Shown here: one piece after another, positions 42,549 through 54,620 of the stretch
Layout of the letters: the number at the start of each line of letters is the position of its first letter
Position numbering within the stretch: the stretch's first letter is position 1
Assembly: GCA_013239625.1 (NCBI GenBank)
Contig: MU053513.1
Coordinates: forward strand, 1,104,927 to 1,168,926
DNA: 64,000 bases
DNA from: Lama guanicoe
Taxonomy: Eukaryota
Direction: 5' to 3'
Notes under the pieces: generated by a model
Told to the model about the DNA's origin: nothing
Database searches by the model: none
Seen by the model: the letters and a program-made list of their open reading frames with translations, nothing else
Position numbers and translations under genes: made by a program

Positions 42549-42665
42549 TGGTTTTAATTCTTCTTAAACTCAGGAGCTGTTTATTTTATTTTCATACACA
42601 GTAATATCATGTGAACATAGTGACGTACCCCAGAAAATGTGTTTATAAATGGCATCGCCCATTAC

Positions 42666-42766
42666 CTTGAGTTTCACAGGCAGACAGCTGTATATGTCCA
42701 CAAGGTCACCTTTCATAATCATATCCAAGGTATCCACATGAGTGAGCAAAACCACATGTACCACAC
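42666..42766 (-). CDS. IFI44: IFI44 exon 7
   Basis: (G)VVHVVLLTHVDTLDMIMKGDLVDIYSCLPVKLK. catag| ... AAG|gtaatg, 101 nt, phase 1-0. Confidence 0.95.
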
Positions 42767-43855
42767 CTATGCCAAACAGATAGATTTTTTTAACGTTTTT
42801 TCATTACATTTTTATGATGTATTTATCAGTCTAGACAACCTCAGGATTTCTCAGTTAATCAGCTAGCTCTCAGCTATGCAATAGGTTATCTATGGAGCAA
42901 CTTCAGAGATTTGGGAAGGTTCCTACTCCCTCACAGTAAATCCCCCTTAACTACTCACTGGTGCCTGGAATTCCTCTGAAACAGGAAATTCCTTCATTGC
43001 CTTCCATGGTAAAAGAGGACGCTTCAAGTGAACCACCTCTTGGAAGAGGGAAGTCACATTTATGCTACAATTTTACTTAATGATTTCATATCCTGTCCAA
43101 ACAGCTGTGTTTTTATGGAGACTAAAGAAAAGATCAAAAGGACTCTAACAAACAAGACGGGAGAGAAGAGGCCTCAGGAAGGAGATGGAATTTATCAAGG
43201 CATCACAAATACAGTGCTCCCATGTCACAGTGTTAACAAGCACCTCCCGGCACACCACCCTTGCAAGCTTTTAAATTTCAGCGAGACGGTCAGTAATCCC
43301 TCCCTGCTTCTAACTTAACCAGAGTGTGACAAACTGGCTCATTCCCAAACACGATGTGGATAACAAAGCCAAGAAAAGCCAGCGTGAGGCCCCCTGGTTC
43401 CCAACCCTATTTACCTTCGCCGAAGTCTTTATGCTACCTCTTCTACCCAAAATCTTACTTTGCTGCCTCTTTTTCATACTGAAATGTTCTTTCCCACTTT
43501 CTAATCCTTTAAGACTCAAGGGGAAATGTAAGAATCTTGATAAAAAAATGCATGCCAGGATGCCGTGGTAGCAGGTAGTGAGGACTGTATTAAGCTCTTC
43601 ATCTCTATTAATTTGTTTAACCCTTACAATAAATCTCTGAGGTACATGCTGTTATGATGCTAAATTGAGGCTCAGAGAGTTTGAGTCACTTGCACAAAGT
43701 CACACAGCTAGTGAGTGCTCCGTTTGACTGAATAACATTAAGATGCCAGGGAATAGTCACAAATGCAGTTTCCTAAGTTCTTCCTCCTGTCCCGAAGCCA
43801 CCCAAGAATACAGTCAAATCAGTTGCCCTCAGTACTTAAGTGGAATGAGACTCAC

Positions 43856-44027
43856 CACACTTTATCAACTCCCTTTGAATTCTTTTGATCTTTGACACCA
43901 TTTCTTTAGAGAGATGTTCAACAGAGTTGGCATTGAACACGAATGCCACACAATGGATTCTGTCCTTCAGCAACGGGGAGCCTATATAGTTATCATGGCC
44001 TGGTGTGATTGGTTTCGTGCAATCAAA
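43856..44027 (-). CDS. IFI44: IFI44 exon 6 (absent from the ORF track)
   Basis: FDCTKPITPGHDNYIGSPLLKDRIHCVAFVFNANSVEHLSKEMVSKIKRIQRELIKC(G). ttacag| ... TGTG|gtgagt, 172 nt. Confidence 0.95.
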
Positions 44028-44424
44028 CTGTAAGGTAAAAGTAAAGCAACATGTTAATTCGATGAATATTTATGAGTGCGCACATACGAGCACAGACCCT
44101 GTGTAAGTGACTGGAACGGTGAACAAAACAGGCAGGTCTCTAACATTAAGGGGACAGCAATCTGGTGGAGAAGACAGTCGGTATGCATGTAGCTAGCTGT
44201 CCCTTCACGTTGTCAGGTAAAGCTCTTGTAAGGAAGGGGCATATACTCTGAAAGCTGAAAAATAGGAGTTCATCTGATACAGGGAATGAGGAAATAGCAG
44301 AAAGTGTTCTAGATAAAAGAAGCAAAGTTAGCAAAGATGGAGGTGAGAGCATCCAGAAAGAAATCTGGTTATCATCAGGCAGAATGCAAAGGGCGAAAGC
44401 GGTTCTCAGTAGGATGCACTTACT

Positions 44425-44586
44425 CTTTTTTTTTTTTTAATTGAAGTCTAGTCAGTTTACAATGTTGTGTCAGTTTCTGGTGTACAGCATAGTGCATCAG
44501 TCATACATGAACATACATATGTTCGTTTTCATACTCTTTTCCACCATAGGCTACTACAAGATACTGAACATAGTTCCCTGTGCTAT
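44425..44586 (-). mobile_element. Young L1 3' tail in IFI44 intron 5
   Basis: polyT then ttgaagtctagtcagtttacaatgttgtgtcagtttctggtgtacagc. Confidence 0.85.
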
Positions 44587-45209
44587 ACTCTTAACTAGCA
44601 ATCCTTCTGCTGGGAACCTGTCCCACTGAAGCACTAGCAAAAATACAAAACGGTGTATGGACAAGGCTATTAACTTCAGCACTACTTGCAGTGGCAAAAG
44701 TCCAATTTATCCATAATGTGTAGTATTCTATCATTTCTCTAAGAAAATGAAGCACATATCTTGCCTTTCCTACATAAACTGTACCACTAAGTAATCAAGT
44801 AGGCAATAAGGGGAAGTTTCTCTTTCGTATGTGAAATGAAGAAGGAATGATAGAAATAGAATATTACTGCTTTTAGACTCTAATAAATAAATTGATCTAG
44901 GCATTGAACGTTAATGAATACTTACATTAGAAAAATGAGAAAACCCAAAGTTGTGTGGCTCTTCATGAAAGAACACGACACCATCTATGAAGCAAAAGCT
45001 GAATCTGAAGGTGACTCTAGGTTCAACTACCAATTTTTAGGATACACAGAAAACAGAGGACCATGGAAAACTACATCGAGTGATGACAACAGCAGAGCTC
45101 AGACTGTGGGGAAGTCTACAGGCCAAACAATCAGATTTCTGAAAGAAACGAATTTCAAGGAAAAATACCAGAAGACACAGAGGCAGAACATGCAAATTAA
45201 AAGAAGCTG

Positions 45210-45440
45210 GATAGATTTCTGGGTTCTCTATTCTGTTGTATTTGATCCATGTGTCTGTTTTTGTGCTAATATCACCTTGTTTTGATTACTGTAGCTCTGC
45301 AATATTGTTTGAAGCCCAGAAGGGTTATTCCTCCAGCTGTATATGTATGACTGACACATTATGCTGTACACCCCAAATTGGCACAACATTGTAAACTGAC
45401 TATACTTCAATAAAGGAATGGAAAAAAATAAAATAAATTT
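45210..45440. mobile_element. L1 insertion with an inverted 5' part
   Basis: Minus-oriented ORF2 3' segment (ttttgattactgtagctctgcaata...attcctccagct) directly fused to a plus-oriented 3' tail (gtatgactgacacattatgctgtacacc...aataaa). Confidence 0.7.
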
Positions 45441-45633
45441 TTTAAAAGTTACCACCAAAAAAAGAGACTGAATAGATTTATTTACTAATAAATAGATCTA
45501 TTTATTAATGTTATAAAACATTATTTTATAATGTTTCAAACAGACTGTGATATTTAATAAATTAAGAGCAGCTAGTAATTTTAAATGTGATAAGCATATT
45601 ATGGTTACATTTAATAAAAGACATATATGCCCC

Positions 45634-45670
<37 letters not shown>

Positions 45671-46539
45671 TTAAATGCATATTCATTTATGTATGAAATG
45701 TTATGACTTCTTAGATTTTCTTCCAAATAATACGAGAGGAGAAAGTGGGTAGTCATAGATGAAACAAGTTTGTCTATCAGTCAAAAATTGTCAAAGCTAT
45801 GTAAATACAAATTGATTAAATTGCTTTGTCTGCTTTTGCATAGATTTAACATGCTCTATAGTAAATGTTTCTTTTAAAGAATATTTTAAAATAAGCTTAA
45901 TTACCTCTACAAGATAACTTTATACTAAAGAATGAAAGAACCTTGCATGAATAGAAAAATAAAACATGCTCTGTTTCTAAATAAAAACACTGGATATGTA
46001 AAGATGTATATCAACTTTTGATACAAAATTTTAATGTAATTTCCATCAAAGGACTAATAAATCAAGCACAAACACAAGCAATCAAAAAAAACACAAACAA
46101 GCTCATTTGAAAACGTGTATATGTGAAATGGTCAAGAAAAACAAATGTCAGACATGAATAATGAATATGACTTGTCCAGTGGGTTATCAGGACATAATTG
46201 ATTGCTATGGTAATAAAAACATTAAACAACATAGTAATGCAAACAATATCATAAAGGAGTTAATAAATACATTAATAGAATGAGTTATAGGATATAAAAA
46301 TAAATCCCATACTTAGAAGGAAAAAGATGCAAAAGGCATTCAATGAAAGATATTGGCACATGGACTATTTATTAGGAACAAGGTAAATTAACAATTAATT
46401 TAAGATCTAAATGTTTATAAAAAGGAATAGCAAAGTTAAAAAAAGAAAGGCAGACTAATCTGCCTTCTCTGTAATCTCTTCCTTCCTCTGACAGTGCTTA
46501 GCATGAACATCTTAAGAACATAAAGATGAAAGACACATA

Positions 46540-46897
46540 TCCTAGTCAGCTTGGGCTGTTATAATGCATTACCCTATTCGGTGATTTAAACAACAAACTT
46601 TTATTTATCATAGTTCTAGAAGCTAGGAAGTTCAAGATCAGGGTGCTGGTACATTTTGTGTATGGTGAGAGCCTTAGTCCTGGTCTGTAGACAGCATCTT
46701 CTTGTTGTGTCCTCATAGGGCTGAGAGAGAGGTCAGCTCTCTTGTGTCTTTTCTTACAAGGGCACTGATTGCATTCACGGGGGCTTCACCATCATGACCT
46801 AATCACCTCCTGCAGGTTCTACCTCCAAATATCATCACCTTGTGCACTGGGACTTCAACATCTGAATATGGAGGGGTGGGTGAGATTTCATCATAGC
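46540..46897 (-). mobile_element. MLT1/MST-like LTR in IFI44 intron 5
   Basis: tagtcagcttgggctgttataa...gttcaagatcagggtgctgg...catgacctaatcacctcc. Confidence 0.8.
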
Positions 46898-47295
46898 ATC
46901 CCAGGCTGAGGGTCTCAGAACAGAAAGCCAGAAGGATCCTTGAAAATTGATAACCTGTCACACTGGCCCAAAGCTGCCTATCTTCAGACTTTCTGTTACA
47001 TAGAAAAATTACCCATGTGAGTAAATTAACATAGTTGGATTTCTGTTTCACAGAGCCAAAAGCAATTGAATGTATAACAACATTCAGAGTTGCTATGACA
47101 GCTATGACAGAAGAATCCTTCAGGTGTTTTAATTCTCTGTAAAATAAAATATCAAAAAGCAGCAAAGGATTTTGAACAAGTGTAATTTAAAAAAAAATCA
47201 ATGTCAATGCACTAGAGTCTGATATTGTTGAGAGTGGGCAAAAATAAACATTTTAAATATCAATTATACTTTCTCAATAAGTAACTAAATCATAC

Positions 47296-47445
47296 CTTGT
47301 ATCTGTCAGGAATGTGGCCTTTTAAGATGTAGGGTATGTCACCCATGCAGAGCCCTTCTTCTGTCTCACTCAGCCCCAATGAGTCACACAGAATAAATGG
47401 CAAGGTGTCAGCATTCTTTCCATCGTTTATAAAATATGTTCTGTA
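47296..47445 (-). CDS. IFI44: IFI44 exon 5 (DxxG motif)
   Basis: YRTYFINDGKNADTLPFILCDSLGLSETEEGLCMGDIPYILKGHIPDRYK. tacag| ... AAG|gtatga, 150 nt, phase 0-0. Confidence 0.96.
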
Positions 47446-47600
47446 CTGTATAGGGAAAAAAAAACTTGAAGAGTTCATTTTTTAAAAAACTGTAAATTGA
47501 AATAGAGTTTATCTGTAATGAAGTTGATCAGCAAAAGCCTGTTCAAATCTAAGTGACTTGAGCAAAGACACAAAGGCTGAGTGACCTAGAATGGACTCAC

Positions 47601-47796
47601 CTTATCAGAGGTCCCACATGTATAAGAACCCACCAAAGCCTGGTTTGTTACATGACCTCGGAAAATAGACTTTACTGAGTTGAGAAAGCTGGACTTGCCA
47701 GCTCCAATTGGACCCAGGAGCAGAATTCGTGTTTGGTGAACCAAGTCTCCATATGGTTTGTAAGTTCTTATGGCAGACAACAACTTGTCCTTGAGC
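47601..47796 (-). CDS. IFI44: IFI44 exon 4 (Walker A / P-loop)
   Basis: LKDKLLSAIRTYKPYGDLVHQTRILLLGPIGAGKSSFLNSVKSIFRGHVTNQALVGSYTCGTSDK. acag| ... AAG|gtgagt, 196 nt. Confidence 0.96.
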
Positions 47797-48513
47797 CTGT
47801 TTAGACAAGACAATTTTAAAAGTTGACTAAGGATAGGTCACAAGGCCTTACCATAAACTTTCCTAGAATTCAGTTTCTTTTCTTATAGGTTATTATTTAT
47901 TTTTGATTAGCAACTCATGTAAAAAGACATGAAACTATCCTATCTCCAAATCCTATTGTAAAAGAAGTAAAAGCAAACATAGCACTTTTAACTAAAGCAA
48001 ATCAGACATGAAACTTTTCAGATTTAAGCAACCAGGTCATATACACCCCTGAATAAATATCAACTATGTTGAACACGAAGATAAATTATCAGCAATAAAC
48101 TTCAAAAACCACAACATAATATGTGACTTCTGAAGTATATGGAAGTAGACAATTTCTAACATGTTCTTGGAGTTCATGATGGGTGTTCCCTACCTGCCAA
48201 CCACCCCTTCCCTAAAGTAGCTGGAACTGGAACTGTAAGAATTCTAAGTAAAAATGTAGACAGATGTATTCAGCCAAATAATCATTTTGCTTCAACTACA
48301 TAAAAACATTAGAAATATCTTCCATCTACTCAGTGTCCTTTTTGTTTTAACACTACTATTACCAAATATTTTATGATTATAGATATAGTTTGTTCTGGAT
48401 GATCCACAAGTTTTCTATGATAATTTGTACTACCAATTTTATTGACAGAAACTGTAACAGAATAAGCCTACGATAATGAACAGAATGATAGAACATTAAA
48501 AACATTGACTTAC

Positions 48514-48550
48514 TCTATGACCCCTTCCATCCTCCTTTTGTCCAATAAAT
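48514..48550 (-). CDS. IFI44: IFI44 exon 3 (37-nt micro-exon, absent from the ORF track)
   Basis: ctag|ATTTATTGGACAAAAGGAGGATGGAAGGGGTCATAGA|gtaagt encodes (D)LLDKRRMEGVI(E) and bridges phase 1 to phase 2 exactly. Confidence 0.9.
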
Positions 48551-50430
48551 CTAGAGAAATAATCAAATAACAATGACGATTACAAGCTGTTGAATGATGG
48601 ACACTAAATGAATGTCAATGAATTCACTATGGAAAAAATGCATAAATAGCCTTTCGGTAGGAATAGTGCAGGATAGTGAAAAGCAAATGTAGAAAGTTAT
48701 GGGAAATCTTCTTAACATCATCACATTTGAAGAGTCTAGAGCTAGAGTCAAGGTGGGCACTGAAAGACTATAATGTCAGCAGATTTTTCCCCCCAAATTA
48801 CCGAGCAGTAGTGTGTGACTCACTCCAACATGGGAGATGAGGGCGGGGTCCTCTGTAAATCACAGAAGCAAGGTCTAGAAACATGGACAGACTAGGGAAA
48901 GACAGGAAATACTCTAAAATATTTTCTCCTCCATAATCCAACAGATCTGAAAGGGATAATGTGCAAAGACACACAAACAAAAACAATCACAAGCACTAGA
49001 TTTTCTCCAAAATCTACTATTAATAATTGGGCCTCCTGGAACTTCCAATCCAATTGATATTCTTCTTGCTGCTTTCAAGAGAATGTAGAACTTCTGCCTA
49101 GCCAATCAAAGAGCAGTGAGCAATTCAGGGGTGGGCTTAGGTCTTCATTTGAACCAATGAGACTCAGGCCCAGAATTCTTTCCTTTCTTGAAAAGAGACA
49201 CTCTTTTATGATGCATTTAAAACTGAAAGGATTAGGTGTAGTAATGCTGGTAATTCTCTAAACAACAAAAGAATAATAACTGTGTGTAACATTTATAAAT
49301 ATAGCTATCTGTATGATTACAAAGAAAGCCTCTTTAAATGACCAAAAGTAGAAATAGTCAAGACTATGTTCAATGACTACAATAAAGCTAGAAAAGAAGT
49401 GTAAACAAAGGGAAAGGCAACCTCTTAAATAGCTTTAACACCCAAAAGGAAATTAAAAAATCACAATTGTAAATATACAGAAAATAACAATAATACAAAT
49501 ACTTTATACAAACCTTGTGATAAAAGTACCTTTCATGACAAACAAGAAAGAAGGAAATAGAAAACAGAAACAGAAAAGAATGAAAGGGAACAAACCTTAG
49601 AAATATCAGAATATAACAGAAATACAAATCCATAAATCGAAAAAAGGATAAATTAACATAGTAATTAATTAATTAAAAATGTGAAATAAATAAATTGCTA
49701 ACTAGTCTAATGAAAGAAAGCCAAATTCACAAAAGGTCACACCATAGCTCACATACCAGAATGGTTACATATTGTAAAACCAGTAATAAAAAACGTGGGG
49801 AAAGATTCGGAGTGGCAGAAAGTCTCGTACACTGCTTGTGGTAGTGGAAATGGGTATGACAGTGTTGGAAAACTTTGTCAGTCTCCACTGAAGCTGAACA
49901 TACACATACTCGATGACCCAGAAATTTCATACTTATATTCTTCAAAAAATATGAACATACATGAACCAAAAGACATGCACAAGAATATTTATAGCAATAT
50001 TATTTGTGATAGTCCCAAACTGGAAGACCCAAATGTTCACCAAAAGTGATTTGATTTTTTCTTTTAATATGATAGAATCATTGCAATGGAATAGTATATG
50101 AAAGTTAACAGGAAAAAATACTACTACAGATAATACTATGGCTGAATCACTAAGGAGGTAGAAATTGAAACAACTGGTCTGTGATACATTCGCTCGCTTT
50201 ACCAGGTAACACTTTCAGGGGAAAAAATGTGACTGGGCTCCATTTTCTTATAAATATGCTAATAATCTTATCTCCTGGTAAATAGACTAATGATATTTGC
50301 TACAAGGACAGTACTTATCTCTTGAATGTCCTTGGCAGGAGGTCCCTGGCTAAGTATTATTTATAGTAAATAAATCTAGATTCTCTGGGTTTATGGGGCA
50401 TCACTTTCTAGAAATGTCACATAAGCTAAT

Positions 50431-50832
50431 TGTGTCAGTCTGCTCAGGCTGCTGTGCAGATTAGCTTAGACTGGGTGATTTAAACAGCAGACATTTACTT
50501 CCCACAGTTCTGGAGGCGAAGTCCCACACCAAGATCAAGGTGTGGGCAAGGTGGATTTCCTTCTGAGGCCTTTTCTCTTGGCTTGCAGGTGGCTGCCATC
50601 TTGCTGTCTGCTCACAAGACCTCTTTTTGTGGATTCGAGGAGAGGGAAAAAGTTCCCTGTTGTCCCTTCTTATATAGAAATGTATCCTATCCCTATCAGA
50701 TTACAGCGCCACTATTATGACCTCACTTAACCTTAATTATTTCCTTTGGGGGCCCCATCTCCATGTATAGTCACATTGGGTGTTAGGACTTTAACATATG
50801 AATTTGGGGAAGACACAATCCGGTCCATAGCA
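50431..50832 (-). mobile_element. MLT1A/B-like LTR in IFI44 intron 2
   Basis: cacagttctggaggc...tatgacctcacttaacctta...atatgaatttggggaagacacaatc. Confidence 0.8.
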
Positions 50833-52521
50833 CCAGCATGTAAATGTTCCATAACCTAACCACTCTTTGATATATAAGGCGGCCCACAAACTTAGTTTTG
50901 AATCCCTGCATGTTGTTCTTAGCCAGAAAGCATATGTCAAATACGGAAAGGAAGAACCTAGGAGCCACACAGAATATCCTAGTACTTTTTCTGCCTTCTC
51001 TGAGATTTTTGATTGGCTTTATTCTTGAAATTATTAGTAAAACTTGATTCTGGGTATGACATTTGATTTGTAGAGCTCTGGTTTTACAATCCAATCCCCT
51101 TATATTAGCCCAATCTTTCACACACAGTATTGAAGGAAAGAAGTCAGACATAAAAGAGCATATACTTTGCTGTGGTTCCATCTATATAAAATTCAAAAAT
51201 AATAAGTATTAATGTTAATATGAGCCAGAAAGATGGTTACCTTTGGTTAGTAATAACTGAGAAGAGTCTTAAAGGAGTCTTCTGAAATGATGGTAATAAT
51301 CTATTTCTTCATCCAGGCAGTGGTTATGTCAGTGTATCCAATTTATAAAAGTTTGTCATTTGATATACTGATCAATTATGCATTTCCTTTAATGTATTAT
51401 ACTTCAATAAACAGTTTACTTAACTGGTTGAGGATGGTCAACACCATGACATATCCAAGTAAATTTACCAGACTTCAACAACAAGAAGTTTTTAGTTGTT
51501 TGGGACAGTGAGGAAGAAAGATTAAATCACTCAAGGAGAAACAGTTAAAAATACTACAAATAAATACGCCTAACCTGAGGTTTTCGACAATTGTAATGTT
51601 TCCATCAGTGCTGTTGAAACATTACAATATTCCCCCAAATAAAGTGTGCTCCATGAAATATGTATTCTGATAGTCGTTTATGTATAAAAAGCACAATTAG
51701 TTTGGAACATGCAAATGCTCAGGGAATACTATTCCCAGGAGCCCTGCTTTTAAATGGATAGTTATAAGAAACTATTTCATAGAAGAAATATAAATGGCCA
51801 ATACACAGAGACCTGTTAGTGATCAGGGATACGCAAATAAAATGAGAAACCATCTTTTGACCATGAAATTGATAAATATTCTTAATATTAATAATAGTAA
51901 AGACTGGCAAGGATACAGGGAAAGAGGTATTTCTGTAACAGTCCTGGGGATAACAAAGACCACTGAAGCTTTGTTGTCTAATGAAATGCAAAAGCACATA
52001 ATTCTTAAAACAGCGATTCCACAACTGGGAAGTTACCAAAAAGAAGTAATTTTGTGCACAGATATATGCATGCATGTATCACAGAAGCATGGATTATAAC
52101 AGCAAATATAGGAAACAATTGAAATGTCCTTTAATAGAAAAATAAGGAAATTAATTTTGGCCTTTTGATATAATGGATAGAATGGGAAACTGCAGTAGAA
52201 AGGGTCCAGTGCTAATCAAGAGAAGTTCAAACTCTGATTTCTTTCTGAGAATCTGACAATCTTCAAGTTGTTGCTTTCTCTCTCTTCCTTCCACCTTACC
52301 TCCTAATCTCCCACCCCTTCCCCAACAAACTCCAGAAAACCCTATATGCTTCTTTCGACTGTAGTTGTGTTATAGAAAACAGATTGTGGCCAGATTTCAG
52401 TCTGGACCGGCTGGAGATGAGGACAAGTAAAAAAGTCACTGTTTCTTACAGGGATGAGCCAGCTAGAACCATTCACACATAAAGACAAAAATTCTGTGTA
52501 GGATGATCTGGGTAAACCTAC

Positions 52522-52945
52522 CTTCACATCGAAAAACTTCACATTCCTGGAAGGAAATATATCCACATACTCCAAGTTTTTCCTTTGTTTCTGGGCTAAT
52601 ATACATCCTTTTTTTCTCTAGATTTACACAAAATTTACAATTATCTTGAAACACCATAGATAGCTGGAATGGTCCTATTTTGCATTCTGAAATTTCAGTC
52701 TCTTGAAAGACAAAAAGGGTGATGAAAACATATTCCTCTTTGTCGTTCTGCGCATACGCCCCAACAATGTAATCTCCAGTGTAAATCACTGTTATAGTAG
52801 GTCCTTGATTAGAGCATCTCTCAAGCAAACCTTTACTGGAGAAGTCATGGACACTGGCCTTATAGAGAAGGCTAAACTGCTTTTCTCCAAAATAATTTTG
52901 CAGCACTTTTTCTTGCATCCACGTTAAACAAGTTGTCACTGCCAT
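52522..52945 (-). CDS. IFI44: IFI44 exon 2, coding part (ATG; TLDc-like N-terminal region); exon starts at 52955
   Basis: MAVTTCLTWMQEKVLQNYFGEKQFSLLYKASVHDFS...CSNQGPTITVIY...ECEVFRCE. Acceptor ttttccactag|, donor GAAG|GTAGGT. 424 coding nt, ends in phase 1. Confidence 0.95.
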
Positions 52946-53208
52946 ACTTCTCAATCTAGTGGAAAAGCAAACACAGTTTCCATTAAATATTGAAAAACAG
53001 ATTACATGCACTGTCACAAAGCTTGCATTTATGCCCCTTATTTACCTCTCAATTATACATGAAATGAGTAAACAGAGGGTGAATAGATAGCAAGAAAAAT
53101 CATTAGCTAGTTTTTCATTCTAAATGATTACTTTCTGATTTAAAAAAAAGGAAGAAAAACCATTATTTGCAAGTGGCTAGGAAGAGGGGAAAGGAGCAAG
53201 TCATTTAC

Positions 53209-53310
53209 CCGTTTGTAGAATCTCTACAAGGGCTGAAGCTGAGACTAGCTGCTGCGTCTGGACAGCGAGGCAGGCACAAAGTGAAAGCTGAAAATTTCTC
53301 AGCAATGAGG
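53209..53310 (-). other. IFI44: IFI44 non-coding exon 1 (5' UTR); TSS approximate
   Basis: Minus strand TTTGTGCCTGCCTCGCTGTCCAGACGCAGCAGCTA resembles the human IFI44 5' UTR as recalled. It ends at donor CGG|GTAAAT (GT at 53208-53207), about 250 bp upstream of the exon 2 acceptor. Confidence 0.7.
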
Positions 53311-53330
53311 CTTCCAAGACTCAGGGAAGA

Positions 53331-53343
53331 GGAAACTGAAACT
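53331..53343 (-). promoter_or_regulatory. IFI44: ISRE of the IFI44 promoter
   Basis: ggaaactgaaact on +, i.e. AGTTTCAGTTTCC on -, a full match to the ISRE consensus AGTTTCNNTTTCY, just upstream of exon 1. A second IRF-like site (aagtgaaagctgaaa) lies at 53279-53293. Confidence 0.85.
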
Positions 53344-53661
53344 CAGTGTGACCCAGCCCAACTGGCTCTGTGCCAGCTTCCCTCCAGTGAGCAAGTAAAA
53401 ACTGCTCCAGCTAATTTTAGATAGTCAAGTCACGTAAAAATAAGAAGGCGAGAATCAAGGAATGGAAGTCCGAAGGAATCAAACTATGATAGAAGAAATT
53501 TTCCTGTATTGAGCTATAGGGAAGTTATTCTGGCTTATACATGAGTTAACTGGAATTTTATGCTAACTGAACAGCCTGTTTGCAGCCTATCAAACATGCA
53601 TTGTACATCTGCTTTAATTATTAAAGAAAAGAGCACACTGACCAGAAGTAAAGAATGTTCA

Positions 53662-54013
53662 TGTTAAAAATAAAGATTTAACGCCTCCGTTCCTGGGGCA
53701 CCAATGCTGGTCCTCCCTAGAGGATAAGGCTCCCTTTCCAGGGCCAAGGCCGTGCTGACTCGCTCTGTACACGCTGATCTGTGTTTTTGTGTTTTTTTAT
53801 TTTTTTTATTTTTTGAAACCTTGAAGAAATGTTTTCCTGACTTACTTAATGTTCTGTGTTCTGACAAGATACAAAACTGTGCTGGAATCCATGCTTCTCC
53901 AGAGCAGTGCCTCAGAGTCATGTGGGACGTGGGCTTCCAGGCTAGTCCTCAGTTTGGCTCAAATAAAACTCTTTTCTCTTCTTATTATTGATTATTGATT
54001 ATTTTTGTTGACC
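53662..54013 (+). mobile_element. Probable solo ERV LTR immediately upstream of the IFI44 promoter
   Basis: Begins tgttaaaaataaa, has aataaaactc at ~53962 followed by a U5-like tail ending ...gttgacca. TSD not evident. Confidence 0.55.
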
Positions 54014-54414
54014 AAAGCTTAGAGCTCACTACTGTCTTTAAGTGACTTTTAAAAAAATTTTTAAGAAAAATTCAGTTTCTGTGTATGTACAGTAAAAGTA
54101 CAGTCCATTCTAATCCAGAATGCGTCTCAGATTCGTTCACTGCTCTTGATCCCGGCTATCGCTAAGTCCTAAACCAACGTCTGTCCTTCTGGAAACTGTT
54201 GACATAGTCTCCTAGTTGGTTCCTCTGCTTTTCTGCTTTCCTCTCTCCAGTTCTTTCTCTTCAGCACAGCCAGCATCAACTTGATTTGTAAAACGTTTAC
54301 TAAATCACATCAATTTCACACTAAAACACACTTCTCTGACTTTATGTTCTGGGAGCGAGGGGCACAAACGTGACCTACAGACTGAACACAACCTGCAGAC
54401 TTAGAGGGCCAACA

Positions 54415-54454
54415 TGATTCTTTTTCTTCTTTTTTTTCTTTCTTTCTTTTTTTT

Positions 54455-54490
<36 letters not shown>

Positions 54491-54620
54491 TTTTTCTTTC
54501 TTTCTTTCTTTTTTCCTTCTTTCTTTCTTCCCTTCTTTCTTCCTTTCTTTTCTTCCTTTCTTCCTTTCTACCTTCCTTTCTTTCTTTCTTTCTTGCTTGC
54601 TTGCTTGCTTGCTTGCTTTC
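54415..54620. repeat. (TTTC)n/(TTGC)n microsatellite, polypyrimidine tract about 1.1 kb upstream of IFI44
   Basis: Direct reading. Other simple repeats: (GGAA) ~8000-8080 and ~11730-11835, (CA) 14502-14526 and 61348-61400, (TG) 39250-39270 and 45634-45660. Confidence 0.95.

Noticed and set aside
52946..53017. N-terminal extension of IFI44 implied by the ORF track (52463-53017)
   Set aside because: Most of the extension lies in intron 1 upstream of the acceptor at 52956; the conserved ATG is at 52945.
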